Source: Dehalococcoidia bacterium (GTDB lineage Bacteria; Chloroflexota; Dehalococcoidia; SZUA-161). From it: 64,000 nucleotides of DNA. Under the pieces are notes generated by a model. It was not told where the DNA came from. It worked only from the letters and a program-made list of their open reading frames with translations, and did no database searches. The position numbers were made by a program, and so were the translations under genes. Below are positions 37,089 to 44,459 of the stretch, one piece after another. Within the stretch, counting starts at the first letter, position 1, and the number at the start of each line of letters is the position of its first letter. The stretch spans positions 3,910 to 67,909 of the forward strand of contig JACWAE010000025.1 in NCBI GenBank assembly GCA_014874385.1. The letters are read 5' to 3'.

Positions 37089-38931
37089 CTGCGCCTGCAG
37101 CTATGGGCACAGGCTCTTTGGGTACCTCGACGGTCTCGCCGCTGGCCTTTTTCACCGCGCTGAACTTGGGCGGACATTTCTCCAGGCAGGTGGCGCACTT
37201 GATGCACTTGCTCTGGTCGATTACATGCACCATCCTCTTCCCGCCGGTGATGGCATCTGCAGGGCAAGCCCTGACGCAAATGCCGCAGCCCTGGCACCTG
37301 TCGGGAAGGATGTAGAAGTTTGTCAGCGCCTTGCATACCAGCGCCGGGCATCTCTTCTCGTTGATATGGGCTTCCCATTCGTCGCGGAAGTAGCGTATGC
37401 TGGTCAGCACCGGGTTGGGAGCGGTTCTCCCCAGTCCGCACAGAGAGCCCTGGATAAGCGTATCGCTTATCTCCAGAAGCCGGCTTATATCTTCAGGTTT
37501 TCCTTTTCCTGCTGTAATTCTATCGATTATCTCAACCATAAGGGGAAGCCCCTCACGGCAGGGCACGCATTTGCCGCAGGACTCATCCCGGCAGAAGGAG
37601 AGGAAGCCCTGAGCGGCATTCACCATGCAGGTGTCCTCGTCCATCACCGCTATTGCGCCGGAGCCCATGATGGAGCCAGCTTTGGCCAATGCTTCGAAGT
37701 CAACAGGCAGGTCCAGGGCGCTTTCAGGGAGGCATCCGCCCGACGGCCCGCCGGTTTGCACCGCCTTGAAGCGCTTCCCATCGGGCACCCCGCCTCCGAT
37801 ATCGAAGATGACCTTACGCAGCGTAGTGCCCATCGGCACTTCGACCATGCCGTTGTTGGCTATCTTGCCGGTCAGTCCCAGGACGGCTGTTCCTTTGCTG
37901 CCCTCGGTGCCGATGCTGGCAAACCAGTCTGCGCCTTTATCGATAATCAGGGGCACGCTGGCCAGAGTTCTCAGGTTGTTCGTACATGTAGGCAGGCCCC
38001 ACAGCCCCGCGTCCACCGACAGCGGAGGCCTGACCCGAGGCATACCTCGCTTGCCCTCGATTGAAAGCAGCAGGGCCCTGCCCTCGCCACAGACCCAGGC
38101 CCCGGCCCCCTGCGAAATATCTACGTCGAAGCTGAATTTGCTGCCCAGGATATTCTTGCCCAGCAGGTTACGTTTTTTGGCTTCCTCCATAGCGAGATTA
38201 AATCGCTTCATGGCGATATGATAGTCAGCCAGGACATATATATAGCCCTGCGAAGCGCCGATGGCATAGGCAGCGATGGCCATCCCCTCCAGCACGGAGT
38301 GCGGGTCAGCCTCCATGACGGAGCGGTCCATAAACGCGCCGGCGTTACATACCACGTATTTGGGATTGCCCTTCGCCTTGTAAGCCGCTTCCCACTTCTT
38401 GCCCGTGGGGAATCCGGCGCCGCCCCTGCCCCGCAGACCTGAGCGCTGAACCTCACTGATGACCTGCATCGGCTGCATCGAGGAAATGGCCTTTTTCAAA
38501 GCCGTATAGCCGCCTCTGGCCAGATAGTCTTCGATTTCCTCGGGGTTAATCTCGCCGCAATTGCGCAGGATGAGGCGGTGCTGCTGGCTGTAGAACGGTA
38601 TATCCTTGTACAGAGGTACGGCTTTATTGGTAGCGGGGTCATGGTACAGCAGCCGCTCCAGCGGCTTCTTCTCTACGAAGTAGGACTTCACCACCTCCGG
38701 CGCGTCCTCTATTTTGACTCCGGTATAGAAGATGCCCTCGGGCTCTATAACAACGATAGGGCCCTGCTGACAGAAGCCGTGGCACCCGGTAGTTTTGACC
38801 TGGATAGTATCAGATAGGCCGGAGCGCTTGATTTCCTCTGCCAGCGCCTGGTTTATTCTGGCGGATTTTGAGGACTCGCATCCGGTCCCCTGGCAGACTA
38901 AGATTTGGTGCCTGGTATTAGACTGAGCCAT
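37078..38931 (-). CDS. NuoF/HydB-like NADH- and FMN-binding subunit with extra Fe-S domains
   Basis: N-terminal thioredoxin-like 2Fe-2S, 'GRGGAGFPTGKKWE', 'ESCGKCVPCREG', and C-terminal 2x[4Fe-4S] ('CQGCGICVRACP', 'CIKCATCLEKCP'). Confidence 0.85.
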   Translation of the reverse strand: MAQSNTRHQILVCQGTGCESSKSARINQALAEEIKRSGLSDTIQVKTTGCHGFCQQGPIVVIEPEGIFYTGVKIEDAPEVVKSYFVEKKPLERLLYHDPATNKAVPLYKDIPFYSQQHRLILRNCGEINPEEIEDYLARGGYTALKKAISSMQPMQVISEVQRSGLRGRGGAGFPTGKKWEAAYKAKGNPKYVVCNAGAFMDRSVMEADPHSVLEGMAIAAYAIGASQGYIYVLADYHIAMKRFNLAMEEAKKRNLLGKNILGSKFSFDVDISQGAGAWVCGEGRALLLSIEGKRGMPRVRPPLSVDAGLWGLPTCTNNLRTLASVPLIIDKGADWFASIGTEGSKGTAVLGLTGKIANNGMVEVPMGTTLRKVIFDIGGGVPDGKRFKAVQTGGPSGGCLPESALDLPVDFEALAKAGSIMGSGAIAVMDEDTCMVNAAQGFLSFCRDESCGKCVPCREGLPLMVEIIDRITAGKGKPEDISRLLEISDTLIQGSLCGLGRTAPNPVLTSIRYFRDEWEAHINEKRCPALVCKALTNFYILPDRCQGCGICVRACPADAITGGKRMVHVIDQSKCIKCATCLEKCPPKFSAVKKASGETVEVPKEPVPIAAGAGAK

Positions 38932-39422
38932 TATTTCTCAGATGCCCCTTCCTGCTTAGCTTTCTTGGGGAAAAGGTCTTCCACAGCCTTTGTGGTTAGC
39001 TTGCCGATGGTCTCCTCATTAATTTTCATGGCCGGAGCCATAGAGCAGGCTCCTATGCAGGCTACGGTTTCCAGGCTGTACTCGCGGTCTGGAGTCGTCT
39101 CACCCACTTTCAAATTCAAGGCGCGCTCGATAGTTTCCAGGATACGTTCCGAGCCGCGCACGTTACAGGCATTGCCCCGGCACACCGCAACCATCCTTTT
39201 ACCCACTGGCTTCGTCCTGAACTGCGCATAAAAGGTAGCTACTCCATAGACCACATTTGCCGAGACACCCGCCAGTTCCCCGATCTCCTCCATCGCCTCC
39301 AGAGGCAAATAGCCCAGTTTCTGCTGCACCGCCTGCATGGCCGGTATCAGCACAATCTGGCGCCCCTTCAATGGGGCGATTACATCTCGTGTCTGCTTTC
39401 GTACATCGGTCTCCGTTACCAC
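38931..39422 (-). CDS. NuoE/HydC-like 2Fe-2S subunit
   Basis: 'VCRGNACNVRGS...CIGACSMAPAM' NuoE-type cluster motif. Overlaps the start of the NuoF-like gene by 1 nt. Confidence 0.85.
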   Translation of the reverse strand: MVTETDVRKQTRDVIAPLKGRQIVLIPAMQAVQQKLGYLPLEAMEEIGELAGVSANVVYGVATFYAQFRTKPVGKRMVAVCRGNACNVRGSERILETIERALNLKVGETTPDREYSLETVACIGACSMAPAMKINEETIGKLTTKAVEDLFPKKAKQEGASEK

Positions 39423-39682
39423 TGGTTCCCTCCGGTTCCTCGCTTCCCTTTCTTTTCAGATACACAAAAAACTTGGCGGTCGTTCGCCAAGTACCCTAAG
39501 AGATTGCTGATGGTTCTGCCATATACACTTGAGCCAGCGCGGCACTTTGAGTCAATAATCAAATGAACAATGAAACGGGTCATACCAATAGGGAAGCCTG
39601 CCAGATTCGATTTTCCTTGAAGCAACTGCTCGGAAAACATTATAGCCCCCGAGTATATTCAAGTCAAATTCGCACACTGAGA

Positions 39683-39735
39683 GGTTCAGTTAAATCGTGG
39701 TTGATTGCCGCGCTGCCTACTATTTAGAATACAAC
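39683..39735. repeat. Left terminal inverted repeat of the cassette
   Basis: GGTTCAGTTAAATCGTGGTTGATTGC-CGCGC-TGCCTAC-TATTT-AGAATACAAC. Confidence 0.7.
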
Positions 39736-39757
39736 AGCATCCAGTTGCCTAACCCTC

Positions 39758-39786
39758 TTGACAAATTGTCAACACAATGATATTGT
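39758..39786 (+). promoter_or_regulatory. Candidate promoter with an overlapping perfect palindrome TTGACAAATTGTCAA (putative operator)
   Basis: TTGACA (39758-39763), 17-nt spacer, TATTGT (39781-39786), then ATG at 39793. The palindrome 39758-39772 overlaps the -35 element. Confidence 0.4.
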
Positions 39787-39792
39787 TGTGTC

Positions 39793-40230
39793 ATGATACC
39801 AGAACTTGTAGATATTGGTGCAACCTGGAGAGTGCTGCCTCCAGGGATACACGATGCGACTTTAACCTAGATTGAGTATCGCTTTGCGACGAATGAAAAA
39901 CGCAGAGGCCTATATAGAGGTCTTTTGGCAGGATGCAACTCCTTAAAATCTGCTGGATGCAGGGTTGTTTACTTGGATGGAAGCTACGTGACAGAGAAAC
40001 CAATCCCCAGGGACTTTGATGTCTGTTGGGATCCGACGGGGGTTGAACCTGGTAGGCTCGATCCTGTTCTCTTAGATTTTGATAATCTACGAAGAAATCA
40101 GAAACTGAAGTACGGAGGCGAATTTTTCCCGTCTAGTGCAAGAGCTGATGGAACCCATAACTTTGCTGACTATTTTCAAACAGACCGAGATACGGGGAAG
40201 AACAAAGGAATCATACGCATCCGAATCTAA
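39793..40230 (+). pseudogene. DUF6932-like (MNT/pol-beta fold) nucleotidyltransferase interrupted by an in-frame TAG at 39868-39870
   Basis: 'MIPELVDIGATWRVLPPGIHDATLT*IEYRFATNEKRRGLYRGLLAGCNSLKSAGCRVVYLDGSYVTEKPIPRDFDVCWDP...' is one frame. It has a 'DGS...DFD' NTase motif and a single stop codon. Confidence 0.6.
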
Positions 40231-40254
40231 TGAGCAGAGAGGGGAGGGGGAGAA

Positions 40255-41559
40255 ATGATTAGTAACGAACGGCAGTATCTGGTAACAAAGCAACAGCTTA
40301 AGAAACTTCGTAAAGCTATTAGAGAATTCAATTTGAAGGAAGTTGCAGAGCGTGTAGGCTCAGATATACTTGCGACAGCGGAATTGAGCGCTCTCAAAAG
40401 TGAGGAGATATCTCTAGCGGATCAAGTGAAGGAATATGATGCTCTCCGTACTGGTGAGATCACAATACTCGAGGCTACGGATTTGAGAGAGCTGCCAAAG
40501 ATTCTTATCCGCGCAAGAATAGCTCAGGGACTGACGCAACGCGATTTGGCTGAACTTGTTGGACTCAAGGAGCAACAGATTCAGCGATATGAATCGGATG
40601 AGTATGCAACTGCAAATCTGCGTCGCCTCGGTGAAATTGCAGGAGCGTTGAAGCTCAACATTACTGAGATCGCAGAATTCAAGACAAAGCCTTCAACTAC
40701 GGAGATAGTAAGCCCAGGTGGGCTTGACTGGAACAGATTTCCTGCGAAAGAGATGTATAGAAGACAATGGTTTGAGGGCTTTAGCGGGTCATTATCTGAG
40801 GCTTTAGGGGAAGCCGACACGCTGGTGAGTGGTTTTGTTAAACGTGTCTTTCCTACGCTAGCAGGAGTGTTACATCGGAAACAGGTTAGGGCTGGTTCAA
40901 TCGTTGATGACTATGCTCTGTTAGCTTGGGAATGTAGAATTCTACATTTGGCAAGCAAAGTAGAGCTCAAACGTCGATACGAAGACGGATTGATTGATTC
41001 TAAATGGATTGCAGAACTTGCCAAAGAGAGCAGAAATGACAATGGCCCGCTACGTGCCAAGGAAAAATTGGCGGAAGTTGGTATTGCATTTGTGGTCGAG
41101 CCTCATCTAGTAAATACGTATCTAGACGGGGCAGCGTTGCTTCATGGCAAGGGGCCAGTGATAGGGCTAACGTTGCGATACGATCGTTTAGACAATTTCT
41201 GGTTCGTGTTGTTTCATGAGTTAGCTCATATCATAATACATCTGCGCAAGAGTAAGCTGGAAGGCATTTTTGATGACTTGGATAATATCAGCGCAGACAG
41301 ATTAACAAAGAAATTGGAGGATGAAGCGAATCATTGGGCTGAGGAAACCCTTATTCCAGAGGAGAAATGGAGTTGTGAATTAGCTCGATATACTAGGACT
41401 AGAGAATCGGTAATAGAAACAGCTAAGCACCTAAATATCCATCCTGCCATCGTGGCAGGTCGGATAAGGCGCGATGCCAATGATTACATAATTCTGAAAG
41501 ATCTTGTTGGGCAGGGTGAGGTTAGGAAACATTTTCCTGATGCTGGTTTTGGTAGATGA
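40255..41559 (+). CDS. XRE-family HTH fused to an ImmA/IrrE (M78) zinc metallopeptidase domain
   Basis: HTH 'IAQGLTQRDLAELVGLKEQQIQRYE'. HEXXH motif in 'FVLFHELAHIIIH'. 434 aa. Confidence 0.8.
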   Translation: MISNERQYLVTKQQLKKLRKAIREFNLKEVAERVGSDILATAELSALKSEEISLADQVKEYDALRTGEITILEATDLRELPKILIRARIAQGLTQRDLAELVGLKEQQIQRYESDEYATANLRRLGEIAGALKLNITEIAEFKTKPSTTEIVSPGGLDWNRFPAKEMYRRQWFEGFSGSLSEALGEADTLVSGFVKRVFPTLAGVLHRKQVRAGSIVDDYALLAWECRILHLASKVELKRRYEDGLIDSKWIAELAKESRNDNGPLRAKEKLAEVGIAFVVEPHLVNTYLDGAALLHGKGPVIGLTLRYDRLDNFWFVLFHELAHIIIHLRKSKLEGIFDDLDNISADRLTKKLEDEANHWAEETLIPEEKWSCELARYTRTRESVIETAKHLNIHPAIVAGRIRRDANDYIILKDLVGQGEVRKHFPDAGFGR

Positions 41560-41575
41560 GGAAGGGGGTGTGACA

Positions 41576-42661
41576 ATGAGTTTTAGTTCAGGGCAATATG
41601 TCCCTTGCCTTAGATGGAAGCAGGGAGAATATCAAGCATTGTCTCGACTGTCATCGAACGCTCAAGTAGCTATAGTACCTTTAATAGAGATCCCTGAGAT
41701 AGGGTACGATTTTGAAAGCGATACGAACTCGAAATCCATTGATGAACACTTATCAAAGTTTGCCAAGAGAGTCAAGGAGAAGTGGGGTAGGCATTGTTTG
41801 GTAGATATAAATATTATCCCACCCTCGGAACGTATGAATAATGGAGAGCATCCACTTGCATTCGTTTTTGAAGATCTAAGGGCGAAAAAGGTATCGGCGA
41901 TTCCAGTGATCAATCTTAAACAAGACTATGCCTGTCAGAATGAAATTAAGACAATTGTCGCCACTGATATGCGTGGGCTGTGCATTAGAATTGGCATAGA
42001 TGAGGCGATAAAGGCTGATTTAGCAGCTTCCTTGGAAGTACTTATTCAACGATATAACGTTGGTATTGACGAATGTGATTTCATTCTTGATCTAGGAGCT
42101 CCAAACTTCGAGCCAATAGGTAGCTTCGGGAATCTATTGGAGACAATCATTGGAAAACTACCGCACCTTAAGGAGTGGCGTTCGTTCGCGCTGATTGGTA
42201 CCTCTTTCCCCCAATCGATGGGTGGACTGCAATTGGGGGCATCAATTATTCCGCGAAACGAGTGGAGCCTTTATAAGTCCCTTATAGAGCGATTGATGCT
42301 TTCGGAAATTCGGATTCCGGCCTTCGGTGATTATGGGATTAATTATCCGGATATCTTAAGGATTGACCCGCGATTAACCAAACCATATGCTACTGTTAGA
42401 TATACGATTGAAGATGGTTGGTTAATAGTAAAAGGTCGCAATGTACGCGATTATAAATATGGTCAATATCGTGGACTATGTCAAGAAGTTATCGCGTCTG
42501 GGTACTATAGCGGAATAACGTTCTCGGAAGGCGACAAGTATATTCATGGCTGTGCGCAGGGCACTCAATCAACCGGGGGGCTTACGACGTGGCGCTGGGT
42601 TGGAACAAATCATCACCTGGAGAAAGTGGTGAAGGATGTCGCCAATTTATTCGCTTCATAA
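41576..42661 (+). CDS. Beta_protein (T4 beta protein)/sce7725-like family protein
   Basis: The N-terminal 'YVPCLRWKQGEYQALSRL' block and size (361 aa) resemble the Beta_protein/sce7725 family as I recall it. ATG 41576 is preceded by GAAGGGGG. Confidence 0.55.
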   Translation: MSFSSGQYVPCLRWKQGEYQALSRLSSNAQVAIVPLIEIPEIGYDFESDTNSKSIDEHLSKFAKRVKEKWGRHCLVDINIIPPSERMNNGEHPLAFVFEDLRAKKVSAIPVINLKQDYACQNEIKTIVATDMRGLCIRIGIDEAIKADLAASLEVLIQRYNVGIDECDFILDLGAPNFEPIGSFGNLLETIIGKLPHLKEWRSFALIGTSFPQSMGGLQLGASIIPRNEWSLYKSLIERLMLSEIRIPAFGDYGINYPDILRIDPRLTKPYATVRYTIEDGWLIVKGRNVRDYKYGQYRGLCQEVIASGYYSGITFSEGDKYIHGCAQGTQSTGGLTTWRWVGTNHHLEKVVKDVANLFAS

Positions 42662-43199
42662 GGTATTCCCTAATTGTTGCTCGCAGTTCGGACGAATCCA
42701 ATCTGCTAACAATACGAATGTACAGATTTGCGCGTTTCTCCCGTAACTGTTTTCCATGAATCCCTAAGTTCTCGAGAATCTCTCGGGCTTCGTTTCTCCA
42801 TAGTAGCTGAGCGACTGCATAGTTATCTACGCATGTATTACGTTTTGGGCGTCGTACGGTTTTAAAATTCACCGCCCCGCGTTGACCTTCTGTCACAGAT
42901 ATTATTCCCCACCATTCGGGTAGCATCGCTATTGCCTCGTTAAGATGTCGTTCAGCTACAATCACAAAAACACGGTCGAATACTGCGTTATAGCTAGCTA
43001 TCTGGCCATCTAATCTACGCAAAGAATCCACATCGCTCTTTATCTCATATCCGATCAGATGCCCATTAATAATTGCAATATCAGCTCTACACTTGCCATG
43101 GCGCAATCCTAATTCGTCGACCACTATGGTAGACGAGTCAAAATGGTGCTTGCGTAAGCACTTCTTATGAAAGCTAGTTCTGATTTGTAAATCGTTCAT
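42582..43199 (-). CDS. sce7726-like PD-(D/E)xK nuclease-fold protein
   Basis: 'VVDELGLRHGKCRADIAIINGHLIGYEIKSDVDSLRRL...VFDRVFVIVAERHL...PEWWGII' contains a D...E-x-K core. Its 3' end overlaps the convergent Beta-protein gene by 80 nt. Confidence 0.65.
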   Translation of the reverse strand: MNDLQIRTSFHKKCLRKHHFDSSTIVVDELGLRHGKCRADIAIINGHLIGYEIKSDVDSLRRLDGQIASYNAVFDRVFVIVAERHLNEAIAMLPEWWGIISVTEGQRGAVNFKTVRRPKRNTCVDNYAVAQLLWRNEAREILENLGIHGKQLREKRANLYIRIVSRLDSSELRATIREYLMKRINWRHPSPLSPGDDLFQPSATS

Positions 43200-43382
43200 T
43201 TGTTTTAATGTAGCTGCAATTGTTTGCCGAATTATACATTATAAGTCAAGCATATTCAAATACTAAGCGGCGCATGGCGAATTTCCTCATTCTTTCTTTT
43301 CACAAATTAGGGTTGATATGCCAAGAGCAGCAGTAGTGCCAGCAGTAGATAGGACTTTTCCGAGAAGCTAATTCAATATATC

Positions 43383-43433
43383 GTTGTATTCTACATGATG
43401 GTAGGCAGCAATCAACGACGATCTAACTGAACC
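43383..43433. repeat. Right terminal inverted repeat of the cassette
   Basis: The reverse complement reads GGTTCAGTTAGATCGTCGTTGATTGC-TGCCTAC-CATCATGT-AGAATACAAC. Confidence 0.7.
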
Positions 43434-43607
43434 ATCTGATATCTGCTCTTGTCATTTTTCTTGAATGAAGGTAAAATTATACATCGGGGGCTGGACTCAT
43501 CTCATCTGTCAATTTCCTGCACAGTTCTAGTATGGGATGTTGACGGTGTTATTCTTCTTAATTCCAACGAGCCCTGCCCACCTAGTGTCTTAAATATTGG
43601 AGGTAAA

Positions 43608-44459
43608 ATGTACCAAATCGTGACCAGGGAGGACCTTACCCCTGAGATCCACCTTTTCGAGATAATGGCCCCGGATGTCGCTAAGAAAGCTCAGGCGGGG
43701 CAGTTTGTTGTAATCAGGGTGGATGACAAGGGTGAGCGCATCCCGCTGACCATAGCCGATTGGAATCGGCAGAAAGGCACTGTTACCGTAGTCTTTATGG
43801 AAGTGGGCAAGACGACCCGCAAGCTGGCTACTATCAAGGCTGGCGAGTCTATCGCCAATTTCGCCGGCCCCCTGGGCCTGCCCACGCATATCGACAAGTA
43901 TGGCACGGTGGTCTGCGTCGCCGGCGGCTTCGCTATCGCCACCATCGTTCCCATAGCCCGGGCCATGAAAGAGGCAGGGAACAAGGTTGTCTCCATAATG
44001 GGTTTCCGCAATAAGAACCTGATGTTCTGGGAGGACCGCCTGCGCCAGTTCAGCGATGAGCTGATTATTACCACCGATGATGGCTCCTACGGACTCAAGG
44101 GGGTGGTCACAATTCCTTTGAAGGAATTGCTTGAGAGCGGTAAGGACAAGATCGGCCTGGTGGTCGCCATCGGGCCCACGGTTATGATGAAGTTCTCCTC
44201 GCTGACCACCAAGCCGTTTGGGGTGAAGACCATAGTCAGTCTCAACCCCATCATGGTCGATGGCACTGGCATGTGCGGTGTCTGCCGGGTATCTATTGAT
44301 GGCGTTACCAAGTTCACCTGCGTCGATGGGCCCGATTTCGATGCCCATAAGGTTGATTGGGACGAGCTTATGGCTCGGCAGCGTACCTATCTCGATGAAG
44401 AGAAGCGCTCACTCGAGCTCTGGAAGCAGAGCTGTAGCTGCGGGGGAGGTAAGACCTAA
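43608..44459 (+). CDS. nfnA: NfnA/SudB-like ferredoxin-NADP+ oxidoreductase small subunit (FAD/NAD-binding plus 2Fe-2S)
   Basis: 'FEIMAPDVAKKAQAGQFVVIRV...GERIPLTIAD' and 'GTGMCGVCRV...FTCVDGP'. ATG 43608 has a GGAGG RBS. The longer ORF from 43449 runs toward the cassette TIR and was not used. Confidence 0.8.
   Translation: MYQIVTREDLTPEIHLFEIMAPDVAKKAQAGQFVVIRVDDKGERIPLTIADWNRQKGTVTVVFMEVGKTTRKLATIKAGESIANFAGPLGLPTHIDKYGTVVCVAGGFAIATIVPIARAMKEAGNKVVSIMGFRNKNLMFWEDRLRQFSDELIITTDDGSYGLKGVVTIPLKELLESGKDKIGLVVAIGPTVMMKFSSLTTKPFGVKTIVSLNPIMVDGTGMCGVCRVSIDGVTKFTCVDGPDFDAHKVDWDELMARQRTYLDEEKRSLELWKQSCSCGGGKT

Larger units (their letters stand above)
39683..43433. mobile_element. AT-rich 3.75-kb cassette bounded by imperfect terminal inverted repeats; no transposase or integrase
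   Basis: The ends 39683-39735 and 43383-43433 are reverse complements across 5 collinear identical blocks. The content is visibly more AT-rich than both flanks, and it sits between two core redox operons. Confidence 0.6.

Noticed and set aside
35946-38064. 330-aa and 369-aa plus-strand ORFs
   Set aside because: They are antisense to the NuoF-like and GltD-fusion genes, which carry unambiguous Fe-S, FMN and NAD motifs. They have no motifs of their own.
39868-39870. In-frame TAG as pyrrolysine or programmed read-through
   Set aside because: It is a single occurrence in an accessory gene. No pyl genes or PYLIS-like context are visible. A nonsense mutation or sequencing error is the simpler explanation.
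41504-41575. Earlier start (41504) for the Beta-like gene
   Set aside because: It would overlap the ImmA gene by 56 nt. ATG 41576 has a strong GAAGGGGG RBS and begins right before the conserved N-terminal block.
43449-43607. Longer N-terminal extension of nfnA starting at 43449
   Set aside because: The extension has no homology-like features and its start at 43449 lies immediately next to the cassette's right TIR (43383-43433). ATG 43608 has a GGAGG RBS and begins the conserved 'MYQIVTRE' N-terminus.
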